Assembly (NCBI GenBank): GCA_965215195.1
Contig: CBDCDC010000002.1
Coordinates: forward strand, 1,952,001-2,016,000
Direction: 5' to 3'
Origin: Candidatus Latescibacterota bacterium
GTDB taxonomy: Bacteria > Latescibacterota > UBA2968 > UBA8231
DNA: 64,000 nucleotides
This document shows, piece after piece, positions 20,634 through 30,252 of this stretch; within the stretch, counting starts at the first letter, position 1, and each line of letters opens with the position of its first letter. A program made the position numbers and the translations under genes. Below the pieces are notes generated by a model, which did not search any database, was not told the origin of the DNA, and saw only the letters and a list, made by a program, of their open reading frames with translations.

Positions 20634-21041
20634 CTATTGGAGTTCTACCGTAGCTCCGGCGTCCTGCAACCGGCTCTGGATTGCTTCGGCTTCTTCCTTG
20701 GTCGCTCCTTCCTTGACGGGCTTGGGCGCTTCATCGACGAGAGCTTTGGCCTCTTTTAGCCCTAGGCTGGTGATATCGCGGACGACCTTGATGACTTGGA
20801 TCTTTTTCTCGCCGACGTTGGTGAGTACGACGTCAAAGGAATCCTTCTCCTCGGCGGCCTCTTCGCCGCCATCGCCGGGCATCGCGCCAGCCATCACCAC
20901 CGGTGCTGCGGCCGACACGCCGAATTTGTCTTCGAGGGCTTTGACCAGCTCGGCCAGCTCTAGGACGGTCAGGCCGCCGATGGTTTCAATGATTTCGCCT
21001 ATCTTGCCGTTGGCAGCGGTGGCAGTGGTTTCTTCGGTCAT
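20634..21041 (-). CDS. rplL: 50S ribosomal protein L7/L12
   Basis: [38 protein letters not shown]. Confidence 0.98.
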   Translation of the reverse strand: MTEETTATAANGKIGEIIETIGGLTVLELAELVKALEDKFGVSAAAPVVMAGAMPGDGGEEAAEEKDSFDVVLTNVGEKKIQVIKVVRDITSLGLKEAKALVDEAPKPVKEGATKEEAEAIQSRLQDAGATVELQ

Positions 21042-21099
21042 GGGATACAGCCTCCTGTATATCCGTATTTGGGTTTGTTAACTAAGGAACGAATGGGAA

Positions 21100-21633
21100 T
21101 CAGGCGTTTTCCCCGCCTTCTACCCGTTGCTTTTCGATGGCCGACAATGCACCGACCAAGCCCCTGAGCAACCCACTCAAGACGCCGCTCAGCCCGTAGA
21201 GCGGACTCTGGACGCCGGCGACTACTTGGCCTAGCAACTCTTCCTTAGAGGGCAGCTTGGCCAACGCCTCGACTCTATCGGCGGCGAGGACCTCGCCTTC
21301 CATAAAGCCGGTTCTGATCTGAATTTTTCCCCCGGCGGCGGCGAAGTCTTGCAGGATTTTGGCCGGTGCGATGGGATCTTCTCTCGAGTAGGCTATGGCC
21401 GTAGGCCCGGCGAAATAGTCTTTGAGGCCGGCGATGCCCACTTCCTCGGCCGCGCGAATGGCCAAGCGATTTTTGATCACTTGGTACTGGACGTCGGCAT
21501 CGCGCAGCTTGTTGCGCAACTCAGTCACCGCAGCTACGTCAATACCCGTAAAATCGGCCAAGTAGAAGCCCTTGGCCTCGGCCATAATGGCCTTCAACTC
21601 TTCTACTTTTGCTTCTTTCTCTGCCGTCGCCAT
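21100..21633 (-). CDS. rplJ: 50S ribosomal protein L10
   Basis: VIKNRLA, GPTAIA, LAKLPSKEEL. Confidence 0.97.
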   Translation of the reverse strand: MATAEKEAKVEELKAIMAEAKGFYLADFTGIDVAAVTELRNKLRDADVQYQVIKNRLAIRAAEEVGIAGLKDYFAGPTAIAYSREDPIAPAKILQDFAAAGGKIQIRTGFMEGEVLAADRVEALAKLPSKEELLGQVVAGVQSPLYGLSGVLSGLLRGLVGALSAIEKQRVEGGENA

Positions 21634-21649
21634 AGTACAGAAGCTTTCT

Positions 21650-22348
21650 TTACGCAGCGAACTGGGCGCGGTCGATCTTGATGCCCGGCCCGACTGCCGA
21701 CGAGAGGACTAACTTGCGGATGTACTGCCCTTTTGCCGCAGCCGGCTTGGCGCGCAAAATGGCGTCCGTAAACGCTTGGGCGTTTTCGATCAGTGCCTGA
21801 TCGGTAAAGGACAGCTTGCCGATGGGGCCTTGGGCGTTGTTGCCGGACTTGCTATCGGCGCGGTACTCAATGCGGCCGGCCTTGGCCTCGCGGACGGCTT
21901 GGGCCACTTCGCGCGTTACCGTGCCGGTCTTGGGATTGGGCATCAAGCCCCGCGGCCCCAAGATCCGCCCCAGCTTACCTACCTGCCCCATCATATCTGG
22001 CGAGGCAATGACCAGGTCGAAACCGAGCCAACCGCCTTGGATTTTCTCGGCCATGTCGGCCCCGCCGACGAAATCGGCCCCGGCGTCTTGGGCCGCCTGC
22101 ACTAGCGGTCCTTGGGTAATGACTAAGACCCGGAGTTTCTTCCCGGTGCCGTGGGGCAACATCACCGTGCCGCGCAGCGCTTGGTCGGCCTGGCGGCCAT
22201 CGATCCCTAGATTGCAAGAAAGCTCAATGGTCGGGTCGTAGTTGTACGCTGGGAATCCCCTGAGGATCTGGATCCCCTCTTCCCACGAATAGGTCCTGTC
22301 GCGGTCGAAAGACGCCAAGGCGTTCCTGTATTTTTTTCCTCTGGCCAT
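21650..22348 (-). CDS. rplA: 50S ribosomal protein L1
   Basis: LPHGTGK, LGRILGPRGLMPNPKTGTVT. Confidence 0.98.
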   Translation of the reverse strand: MARGKKYRNALASFDRDRTYSWEEGIQILRGFPAYNYDPTIELSCNLGIDGRQADQALRGTVMLPHGTGKKLRVLVITQGPLVQAAQDAGADFVGGADMAEKIQGGWLGFDLVIASPDMMGQVGKLGRILGPRGLMPNPKTGTVTREVAQAVREAKAGRIEYRADSKSGNNAQGPIGKLSFTDQALIENAQAFTDAILRAKPAAAKGQYIRKLVLSSAVGPGIKIDRAQFAA

Positions 22349-22386
22349 ATCTTAAAACCTCTTATGAGGGTTGCGCTGCGAAGCAA

Positions 22387-22809
22387 CTACTCGATTAAGA
22401 GCCCCATGCTGCGGGCCGTCCCCGCGATCATCGACATCGCGGCTTCCATGGAGGCAGCGTTCAAGTCGGGCATTTTCAATTCGGCGATTTCTCGCACTTG
22501 GTCCGCAGATACAACGCCGATGTGGTCCCGATTGGGCACACCCGATCCCTTGGGTTGTCCAGCAGCCCGCAACAGCAGCACCGCAGCCGGCGGCGTCTTG
22601 GTAATAAACGAAAACGTGCGGTCGGCGTACACCGTAATGATTACGGGGATGATCAACCCCTGCTGGTCTTGGGTCTGGGCGTTGAAGGTCTTGCAGAATT
22701 CCATGATATTGACGCCGTGTTGACCCAGTGCCGGCCCAACGGGCGGCGTTGGATTGGCCTGACCGGCCGGAACCTGCAACTTAATTTGGGCTATTTCCTT
22801 TTTAGCCAT
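22387..22809 (-). CDS. rplK: 50S ribosomal protein L11
   Basis: [30 protein letters not shown]. Confidence 0.98.
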   Translation of the reverse strand: MAKKEIAQIKLQVPAGQANPTPPVGPALGQHGVNIMEFCKTFNAQTQDQQGLIIPVIITVYADRTFSFITKTPPAAVLLLRAAGQPKGSGVPNRDHIGVVSADQVREIAELKMPDLNAASMEAAMSMIAGTARSMGLLIE

Positions 22810-22832
22810 TTATTTATATATCCCTCTGAAAA

Positions 22833-23378
22833 TCAGCCGACCGCCTCTTGGACCGGCTCGACCTGCAACACGTCCAATTCCACCGATGTGCCGCGCCCGA
22901 AGATGCTCACCATGATTTTCAACCTGCGCTTCTCCGGCAACACCTCCTGCACGGTGCCGACGAAGTCCTTGAACGCGCCGTCGTTGACCTTGACTTGATC
23001 GTCGACGGCAAAGGGAATCTCTTCGACCTCTTGGTCTTTGCGGCGATCGACGTGCCCCAAGATGCGGTCAATTTCCTCCTGCCGCAGCGGTTGCGGCTTG
23101 CGCGCTGGGCCGACGAAGTTGGTCACCCCGGGAATGTTGGTCACTTGGTACCAAGCGTCCTTGGACATTTCCATTTCCACCAGCACATAACTAGGCAAAA
23201 ACCGCTTCCTAGTTTTGGTTTTCTTGCCGGCGCGGAGTTCGACCACTTCCTCGGTCGGCACAACGACCTGAGCAATTGCACCGTTGGCAGCCCCCGACTC
23301 AATGAGCGACTCCAAATAGGTCTTTACTTTATTTTCGTGCCCCGAATACGTATGTAGAGCGTACCAGCACTGTACCAT
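22833..23378 (-). CDS. nusG: Transcription termination/antitermination factor NusG
   Basis: WYALHTYSGHENKVK (NGN domain); C-terminal KOW with VSIFGR. Confidence 0.97.
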   Translation of the reverse strand: MVQCWYALHTYSGHENKVKTYLESLIESGAANGAIAQVVVPTEEVVELRAGKKTKTRKRFLPSYVLVEMEMSKDAWYQVTNIPGVTNFVGPARKPQPLRQEEIDRILGHVDRRKDQEVEEIPFAVDDQVKVNDGAFKDFVGTVQEVLPEKRRLKIMVSIFGRGTSVELDVLQVEPVQEAVG

Positions 23379-23420
23379 GGCTTCAATCCGGTGTTAGCTC
23401 CCGTTTGCCGAGCGCAAACG

Positions 23421-23452
23421 AAAAAAAGAAGCGGCGCATTATGCGCCGTTTC
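23421..23452 (-). terminator. Intrinsic terminator between secE and nusG
   Basis: Minus strand GAAACGGCGCATAATGCGCCGCTTC followed by T7. Confidence 0.7.
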
Positions 23453-23475
23453 CCTTAGATAGGCCCTAGCGGGAA

Positions 23476-23664
23476 TTACTGTCCTAGCAGTATTCCCCAA
23501 ACAAAGGAGATAATCAGGTCGAACATGCCAATAAAAACCGCAAAGACCGCTGAAAAGACCAATACCACTCCGGTGGAACTGACCAAATCCTCGCGAGTAG
23601 GCCAGCTCACTTTGGAGAATTCGGTCCGCACATCTTTGACGAAATTAGTAAGTTTATTCCACAT
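23476..23664 (-). CDS. secE: Preprotein translocase subunit SecE
   Basis: EFSKVSWPTREDL plus one TM helix; between tRNA-Trp and nusG. Confidence 0.95.
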   Translation of the reverse strand: MWNKLTNFVKDVRTEFSKVSWPTREDLVSSTGVVLVFSAVFAVFIGMFDLIISFVWGILLGQ

Positions 23665-23686
23665 CCCGTTTCCTAATGCAGAAGCC

Positions 23687-23762
23687 TGGCAGGGCAGACA
23701 GGACTTGAACCTGCAACCGCCGGTTTTGGAGACCGGAGCTCTACCAATTGAGCTACTGCCCT
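23687..23762 (-). tRNA. tRNA-Trp (CCA)
   Basis: AGGGCAGTAGCTCAATTGGTAGAGC-TCCGGTCTCCAAAACCGG-...GGTTCAAGTCC...GCCCTGCCA; 76 nt with encoded CCA end. Confidence 0.97.
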
Positions 23763-23766
23763 ATGC

Positions 23767-23919
23767 CTAGCGGGCTTCCTTGTGGGCCGTGTGTTTGTGG
23801 CAAAAGCGGCAATATTTTTTGTACTCCACACGGCTTGGCTGGCTTCGTCTATTTTTAGTCGTAGTGTAATTTTGCTGGCTGCATACTTCGCACTCCAGCG
23901 TTATTTGATCTCTTGGCAT
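23767..23919 (-). CDS. rpmG: 50S ribosomal protein L33 (Zn-ribbon form)
   Basis: Manual translation [50 protein letters not shown] (50 aa; too short for the ORF track). Confidence 0.96.
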   Translation of the reverse strand: MPRDQITLECEVCSQQNYTTTKNRRSQPSRVEYKKYCRFCHKHTAHKEAR

Positions 23920-23956
23920 CAGAATTTGCCGTGTTTAGATGGAAGCACTAGGAAAG

Positions 23957-24032
<76 letters not shown>

Positions 24033-24051
24033 TGCAATTGTTTTGGTGATC

Positions 24052-24128
24052 TGGAGCGGGAAACGGGACTCGAACCCGCGACCCCGAGCTTGGAAGGCTC
24101 GCGCTCTAGCCAACTGAGCTATTCCCGC
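24052..24128 (-). tRNA. tRNA-Gly (TCC)
   Basis: GCGGGAATAGCTCAGTTGGCTAGAGCGCGAGCCTTCCAAGCTCG...TTCGAGTCCC...CGCTCCA; 77 nt. Confidence 0.97.
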
Positions 24129-24167
24129 TCGAGCCGGATTAATGCCCGTTTAATTCACAGAAGGATA

Positions 24168-24196
24168 AATATATAACAGCTTTTTTAATATGTCAA
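24168..24196 (-). promoter_or_regulatory. Sigma70 promoter of the tRNA-rpmG-secE operon
   Basis: TTGACA-17 nt-TATATT about 40 nt upstream of tRNA-Gly. Confidence 0.8.
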
Positions 24197-24216
24197 GAAG
24201 ACCGGGCGCGGACCCA

Positions 24217-24257
24217 AAACACGAAACTCCCGGAGAGGCACGGGCCTTTCCGGGAGT
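24217..24257 (-). terminator. Terminator downstream of greA
   Basis: 14-bp near-perfect stem ACTCCCGGAGAGGC/GCCTTTCCGGGAGT, followed on the minus strand by TTCGTGTTTT. Confidence 0.65.
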
Positions 24258-24282
24258 CGCCAAGTAAACTGGATACTTGCGC

Positions 24283-24753
24283 TCAGCGCGTGATCTTGAC
24301 AATCCTGTAGTGCAGCTTGCCAACGGGCACTTCAATCTCGATTTCTTCTCCTACTTCGTGCCCGAGCAACCCCTTGCCTATCGGCGAAATCGTGGAGATT
24401 TTCCCCGCTTCAAAATCCGCTTCCTCGGGCGCGACGAGCGTGTACGTGAGTTGTCGCGCCTTTGCGAGGTCCTCTAGCTCTACGGTGGCACCGATATAGA
24501 CCTTGTCTTCTGGGATCGCCTCGTTTTCTAGCAGGCGAGCCCGGCTGAGTGTCTCTTCGAGCTTGCTGATGCGCTGCTCTAGGAAGAGCAACCTTTCTTT
24601 GGCCGCCGAATACTCGGCGTTCTCGGACAGGTCGCCAAACTCCCGCGCTCGCTGTAGCGCCTGGCGCACTGCCGGGCGTTCGGTCTCCTTGAGTCCTTTC
24701 AACTCGACCTGAAGTTTTTCGTAGCCTTCTCGCGAAAGATATACTTCACTCAT
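24283..24753 (-). CDS. greA: Transcription elongation factor GreA
   Basis: AREFGDLSENAEYSAAKE; ISTISPIGKGLLG. Confidence 0.97.
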   Translation of the reverse strand: MSEVYLSREGYEKLQVELKGLKETERPAVRQALQRAREFGDLSENAEYSAAKERLLFLEQRISKLEETLSRARLLENEAIPEDKVYIGATVELEDLAKARQLTYTLVAPEEADFEAGKISTISPIGKGLLGHEVGEEIEIEVPVGKLHYRIVKITR

Positions 24754-24803
24754 TGCCAAACCTCTACTCTAAGCAGGAGAGAACAACATGCACTATTCAA
24801 CAC

Positions 24804-24833
24804 AAAAAGCGGAAGCGCACTACCGCTTCCGCT
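24804..24833 (-). terminator. Intrinsic terminator in the greA 5' leader
   Basis: 10-bp stem AGCGGAAGCG/CGCTTCCGCT plus T-run, between the promoter and the greA start. Confidence 0.65.
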
Positions 24834-24846
24834 GCTTAGGTTCATT

Positions 24847-24875
24847 AATGTACTAAAAACAGTGCCGAGGTGCAA
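24847..24875 (-). promoter_or_regulatory. Putative greA sigma70 promoter
   Basis: TTGCAC-17 nt-TACATT. Confidence 0.6.
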
Positions 24876-24972
24876 GCGAAGGGACTTGCCCAAGTTCGCC
24901 GCCCTCCTTTTAATAAATCTACAAATTTACAGCCCAAGTGACCCCTTCCCAAACAACGCACTTGCGCGTCTC

Positions 24973-26241
24973 ATGGCCTTGACACTCCTGCACTTTGCCG
25001 ATCTGCATCTAGGCGTCGAAAACCACGGCAGCTTGGACCCAAGCACCGGTCTGCATTCGCGGGTTCGAGATTTTGCCGGTAGCCTAGAAGCGGTCTTCGA
25101 CCTAGCCATTGAAAAGGCGGTCGATTTGGTCCTCTTTGCCGGCGACATGTACAAGAATTGCGATCCGACCCCGACCCATCAGCGCGTCTTGGCCCGCCAA
25201 CTCCAGCGCCTGCAAGCGGCCCACATCCCCATCGTGCTGGTGGTGGGCAACCACGACGCGCCAGGCGCTTTTGGCAAAGCCACTTCGGTCGACATTTTCA
25301 GCACTCTACAGCTAGAGGGCACTCACGTCATCCGCCGCCCGGAGCTCCTGCGCATCGAGACGGCCAACGGCCCGGTGCAAGTGGCCGGCCTACCCTGGCC
25401 GACGCGCCATGCCCTACTCACTCGCGACGAATACCGCGACCTGTCGCTAGAGGAAATCCGCGTCGAGATCCAAAAGATCTGCGCGGCCCAGATCGACGAG
25501 TACGCTCGGCAGCTCGACCCAAAGCTGCCGAGCGTACTCGTCGCCCATCTCACCGCTGCCGACGCCGTCTATTCTGGAAGCGAACGCACCGCCATCATCG
25601 GCCAAGACCCCGTTTTACTCACCAGTGCTTTTGCCAATCCCGCCTACGACTACGTCGCCTTGGGGCACATTCACAAATATCAAGACCTCAACCCCGGTCA
25701 ACACCCGCCCGTGGTCTATGCGGGCAGCCTAGAGCGCATCGACTTTGGCGAGGAAGGCGAAGACAAGGGCTTCTGCCTCGTGCACCTCGCAGAGGACGCA
25801 ACCGCGCCGAGGGGCCGGGCGACCACCTTTGAGTTCGTCCCCGTTCCGGCGCGGCGCTTTGCGACCATCGAGCTAAAGGTGCTCAACGGCCAAGATGCCA
25901 CCGAGCGCATCGTCGCTGCCTGCGCCGAGGCCGAGCTGGCAGACGCCGTAGTCCGCGTCCTTTACGACCTGCCCGCAGGCTACGCCACCCCGGTGGACTT
26001 ACAACAGGTGCGGCAAGCGCTCGAACCGGCCTTTCACGTCGTCTCCATCCAGCCGCGCTTTGCCCCGGAAGTGCGCCAACGCCGCGCCGAAATCAGCGAG
26101 GAGGCCGAGCTAGGCGACGCCCTTGACCGCTACATCGACAACAGCCCAGACCTACAAGCACACCGGTCCGAGCTCAAAAACTACGCGCTCCACCTAGAGC
26201 GCGAGCTCGAATCGGGCCAACGCGACGAAGGCGGCCGATGA
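24973..26241 (+). CDS. sbcD: SbcD/Mre11-family nuclease subunit
   Basis: Metallophosphoesterase motifs DLHLG, AGD, GNHD, AH, LGHIH, YAGS. Confidence 0.93.
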   Translation: MALTLLHFADLHLGVENHGSLDPSTGLHSRVRDFAGSLEAVFDLAIEKAVDLVLFAGDMYKNCDPTPTHQRVLARQLQRLQAAHIPIVLVVGNHDAPGAFGKATSVDIFSTLQLEGTHVIRRPELLRIETANGPVQVAGLPWPTRHALLTRDEYRDLSLEEIRVEIQKICAAQIDEYARQLDPKLPSVLVAHLTAADAVYSGSERTAIIGQDPVLLTSAFANPAYDYVALGHIHKYQDLNPGQHPPVVYAGSLERIDFGEEGEDKGFCLVHLAEDATAPRGRATTFEFVPVPARRFATIELKVLNGQDATERIVAACAEAELADAVVRVLYDLPAGYATPVDLQQVRQALEPAFHVVSIQPRFAPEVRQRRAEISEEAELGDALDRYIDNSPDLQAHRSELKNYALHLERELESGQRDEGGR

Positions 26242-29200
26242 TCCCCCTTTCCCTTTCGCTGCGCAACTTTCTCAGCTACGGCGAGGAAGTGCCGCCGCTC
26301 GACTTTACCCAGTTCCACGTCGCCTGCCTCACCGGCGGCAACGGCCACGGCAAATCCGCCCTGCTCGACGGGATTACCTACGCCTTGTGGGGCCAAGCCC
26401 GCAAAAGCCGCAGCGACGAAGAACTGTGTCGGATCGGAGCCAGAGAGATGCGGGTTGACTTCGACTTCGCCCTCGGGGAAAAGCACTTCCGCGTCATTCG
26501 CAGTTGGCGCCGCACCAAGCGGGGCGTCCCAGCCCTAGACCTGCAAGTAGAAAGCGACGGCGTCTTCCGCACCCTCAGCGAAGGCGAGGGCATTAGTCCC
26601 ACCCAGCGGCGCATCAACGAGCTCCTATCCATGGACTACGACACCTTCGTCAACTCGGCCTTCATCGTCCAAGGGCGCGCCGACGAGTTCACCCAGAAAA
26701 ACGCCAGGCAGCGCAAGGAGGTCCTCGGGCGAATCCTCGGCCTGGGGCGCTACGACCAGCTCCAAGGTATGGCCCGGGTCCGCTATCAAGACCACCAGCG
26801 CCAGAGCGAGGCCCTGCAAACCCGCCTCGACGCGCTCACGGCCGAATTGGCCAAGCGCGAAGGCTACGAAGCCGAACTGCGCGCCGTCGATGATCACCTC
26901 GCTTTACTCGGCAGCAAAATTAGTAGCCGCGAAAAAGAGCAAACCGAGTTGGAGGCCCAGCGCCTAGAGCTGGTGCAAATCCGCCAGCGCGTCGCCGAGC
27001 TGATGAGGGAGCAGCAGCGCGTTGCCGAGCGGGCGCAGCAGGTCGCCGCCGAACTCGAAAACCTGCGGGAGCAGCAGCGCCAAGACGGCGAAATCCTAGC
27101 GGCCGCCGAATCCATCGAGCGGGACTTTGCGGCCTACAACCAGCTTCGCACTCAAATCGGCCTGATCGACCGGAAAGCTCAGGAACACGGCCAGTTAGAG
27201 GCCCGCCGCCGCCAGCTAGAAGAGCGAATCGCCCGGGCGCGCCAAGAAGTGGAACGACAGCAAGAGCGCTGGACAGCCACTCTCGGCGAGCGACAGCGAC
27301 AACTCGACGAGCACCAAGCCTTGCTCAATCGGGAGCAGACCATCGCCATCCGCTACGCCCAATTCAAAACCCTCAGCGAGCAGGCCCAAGCCTTAGAGCA
27401 GGCGCAGATTCGCTACGAGGATCTGCTCCGCGAGCACCGTCGCCTCAAACACGAACTATCTCTCGCAGAGGAGCGCCGCAAAAGCCAGCGCCAAGCACTA
27501 GCCAAACAATTGGCCCAGTTAGAACGAGCCAGCACCGAGGGGGAAACCCTAGCAGCCCGCATCCACCAGTTGCAAGCGCAACGGACTCAATTGCAGGCCA
27601 AAGCCGAACAACGGGATCGACTCGCGGACGAGGGCCGCGATCTCAATGCCCAGATCGCCGAGCGGCAGCAGAAGCGCCGCGCCGAAGAGGAAGAATTGGC
27701 CAATGAGCGCCAACAGGCTCAGGTCTTGGCCAGTTCCGCGGCCGCCAATTGCCCATTGTGTGGCAGTGCACTCAACGCCGAACACCGCCAGCGGGTCGCG
27801 GCAGAGCTGTCGCAGCGAAAAGACCGCCGCCAAGAGCGCATCGCCGCCTTAGGCAGCGCGCTTGACGCGCTCGACGACCAGTTGCACAAGATGCGCGTGT
27901 GCTACAAGGCCCTCGGCGAGGAGATCGCGCCCCTCCAGCAGGTACACCAAGAACTAGCCGCCGGAGAGGCTCGTCTCGCGCAATTGCGGGAATCAGCCGC
28001 TGAGGCCCAGTCGCTGGCCGAGCAACTAGCCGCCCTCGACCGCGAACTCAGAGCCCAATCATACGCTCATAGCGAACGCGAGCACCTGCACAAGCTAGCC
28101 GGGGAAATCGAGCTATTGGGCTACAGCAGCGCCGAGCACGAGGCGCTGCGCCAAAAGCTCGCCGCGTTGCGCCCGGTCGAGGCCGAGTACACCCGCTTGC
28201 AGGACGCCAAAAGCCAAGCCGATCGGCTCAAAAGCGAGCGGGCCGAAGCCCAGAACCAACTTGAGCGAGCCGACCGCCAGCTCGCCGAGGCCCACTATGC
28301 CCAAGAGGAACGGGAGCAACTCGGCCAAGTCGAACAGCAGATCGCAGCCCTAAGTTACGACGGTGCCGAGCACCAGCGGTTGCGCCAGCAACAGGACGAC
28401 CTGCGCGACAGCGCCAGGCAATTCGAGCGCCTGCGACACGCCCGCGAACGCCGCGCTTCGTCCGGCGCAGCGCGGGTGCGCTACGAGACCGAAGCCTCCA
28501 CTCTAGCGGAACAATTGCAAGCTGCGCAAAAAGAACGGGAAAAGTTGCACGAGCGGGCCGGCGAGTTAGAAGACGTCGATAGGCAGCTCGGCGAAAACCA
28601 AGCTCTCTTGGAAAAGCTGCGGGCCGAAAGAGACCAACGCCTCCAGCACCGGGGCAAACTAGAGGCCCTGTGCGCACGCTGCGCCGAGTTGGCCCAAGAG
28701 CAAGACCAGCTACGCGAAAAGCGCCAAGGCATCCAGCGACAGGCCTGGATATACCAGCAACTCGACAACGCATTCGGCAAGGATGGGATCCAAGCGCTGA
28801 TCATTGAAAACGCCGTGCCGCAGATCGCCGACGAGGCCAACGCCATCCTCGCGCGCCTGACCGACAACCGCATCCAAGTCGCCTTTGAATCGCTGCGCGA
28901 TCTCAAAAAAGGCGGCACCCGCGAAACCCTCGACGTCAAGATCGCCGACGAGGTCGGCGAGCGCTCCTATCACCTCTATTCTGGGGGCGAGGCATTCCGC
29001 ACCAATTTCGCCTTGCGCATCGCGCTCTCCAAGGTGCTGGCCATGCGCTCGGGCACCCGCCTCCACACCCTCTTTATCGACGAGGGCTTCGGCACCCAAG
29101 ACGAGCACGGGCTGGAACAACTCATCGAAGCCATCCAAAAAATCAGCGAGGATTTCAAAAAGGTGTTGATCGTCACCCATCTCGACCAACTCAAAGCGGC

Positions 29201-29273
29201 CTTTCCAGTGCAAATCGAGGTTGCCAAACACCCCGACTTAGGCTCGCGTTTCTCCGTGACGCAGCACGCCTAG
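26238..29273 (+). CDS. sbcC: SbcC/Rad50-family SMC-like ATPase
   Basis: Walker A GGNGHGKS, Q-loop VQG, coiled coil with CPLC zinc hook, signature YSGGE, Walker B FIDEGFG; 4-bp overlap with sbcD. Confidence 0.93.
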   Translation: MIPLSLSLRNFLSYGEEVPPLDFTQFHVACLTGGNGHGKSALLDGITYALWGQARKSRSDEELCRIGAREMRVDFDFALGEKHFRVIRSWRRTKRGVPALDLQVESDGVFRTLSEGEGISPTQRRINELLSMDYDTFVNSAFIVQGRADEFTQKNARQRKEVLGRILGLGRYDQLQGMARVRYQDHQRQSEALQTRLDALTAELAKREGYEAELRAVDDHLALLGSKISSREKEQTELEAQRLELVQIRQRVAELMREQQRVAERAQQVAAELENLREQQRQDGEILAAAESIERDFAAYNQLRTQIGLIDRKAQEHGQLEARRRQLEERIARARQEVERQQERWTATLGERQRQLDEHQALLNREQTIAIRYAQFKTLSEQAQALEQAQIRYEDLLREHRRLKHELSLAEERRKSQRQALAKQLAQLERASTEGETLAARIHQLQAQRTQLQAKAEQRDRLADEGRDLNAQIAERQQKRRAEEEELANERQQAQVLASSAAANCPLCGSALNAEHRQRVAAELSQRKDRRQERIAALGSALDALDDQLHKMRVCYKALGEEIAPLQQVHQELAAGEARLAQLRESAAEAQSLAEQLAALDRELRAQSYAHSEREHLHKLAGEIELLGYSSAEHEALRQKLAALRPVEAEYTRLQDAKSQADRLKSERAEAQNQLERADRQLAEAHYAQEEREQLGQVEQQIAALSYDGAEHQRLRQQQDDLRDSARQFERLRHARERRASSGAARVRYETEASTLAEQLQAAQKEREKLHERAGELEDVDRQLGENQALLEKLRAERDQRLQHRGKLEALCARCAELAQEQDQLREKRQGIQRQAWIYQQLDNAFGKDGIQALIIENAVPQIADEANAILARLTDNRIQVAFESLRDLKKGGTRETLDVKIADEVGERSYHLYSGGEAFRTNFALRIALSKVLAMRSGTRLHTLFIDEGFGTQDEHGLEQLIEAIQKISEDFKKVLIVTHLDQLKAAFPVQIEVAKHPDLGSRFSVTQHA

Positions 29274-29286
29274 CCTCTTGCTCGTT

Positions 29287-30252
29287 ATGGCCCATTGCGA
29301 CGAATACCACGCCGCCCGCGCCGGCGCGGCCCTACGCGACGCACGAGCCTCGTTTCGCTTGTACATGCGCGGTGCCGACCACCTCGACTTCCTGCACCGC
29401 ATGACCTCCAACGACTTCCGCAACCTGCAAGTAGGGCACGGCCTCGAAGCGGTCTTTATCGAACACCGGGCGCGAATCCTCGACCTCGCCACCTGCTATC
29501 GCGGCCCGGACGCCACGGCCTTGATCCTGAGTCCTGCTTCGCGCTCCGCCCTCCCCCCTTGGTTGGACCGCTTTATCTTTGCCGAGGCCCTCGAGTTGGC
29601 AGACCGCACAGACGAGACGGCCATGTTCGAGCTCGTCGGCCCACACGCCGCCCGGCTAGTCGCCCACGCCTTGGACGCGGATCTGGCAAAACTTCGGGAT
29701 CACCAGCTACTCAACCCACAGGTCGCCGACGGCCTGTGGCTGGCGCGCACGGCCGGGCCGGGGCTGCGCACCTTCGGGCCGCCGGCCGCCGTTGAGGCCC
29801 TTTGGCAGTGCCTCGCCGCCGCAGGTGCTCGTCCAATAGGGGCGGCGACCTGGGAAATTTTGCGCGTCGAACAGGGCCTTCCCCTGCTCGGGTGCGAGCT
29901 GACCCAAAATTACAATCCTTGGGAAGCGGGCCTTGGTCGCGCTATTCATCTAGATAAGGGCTGCTATATCGGCCAAGAAGTCATCGCCCGCCTAGACACC
30001 TACGACAAGATCAAGCAGCACCTAGTCGGGCTGCGGCTTTCCGCGACCGAGCTGCCGCCAACGGGGCAACCGCTGCGCACAGGAGTGCGCCAAGTAGGGC
30101 TCATCACTTCTGCAGTCCACTCCCCCAGCCTCGGCCCGATTGCACTCGCCTATGTGCGGCGGAGCGCCTGCGCCGAGGGCACTGCGCTAGACGCGGGCGG
30201 AGCGCAGGCCACCGTAGTTCCTCTGCCTTTTTTGTCGCATGAGTCCCGCTAG
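29287..30252 (+). CDS. ygfZ: YgfZ/GcvT-family folate-binding protein
   Basis: Signature KGCYIGQE; GcvT-like C-terminus VGLITSAVHSPSLGPIALAYV. Confidence 0.85.
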   Translation: MAHCDEYHAARAGAALRDARASFRLYMRGADHLDFLHRMTSNDFRNLQVGHGLEAVFIEHRARILDLATCYRGPDATALILSPASRSALPPWLDRFIFAEALELADRTDETAMFELVGPHAARLVAHALDADLAKLRDHQLLNPQVADGLWLARTAGPGLRTFGPPAAVEALWQCLAAAGARPIGAATWEILRVEQGLPLLGCELTQNYNPWEAGLGRAIHLDKGCYIGQEVIARLDTYDKIKQHLVGLRLSATELPPTGQPLRTGVRQVGLITSAVHSPSLGPIALAYVRRSACAEGTALDAGGAQATVVPLPFLSHESR

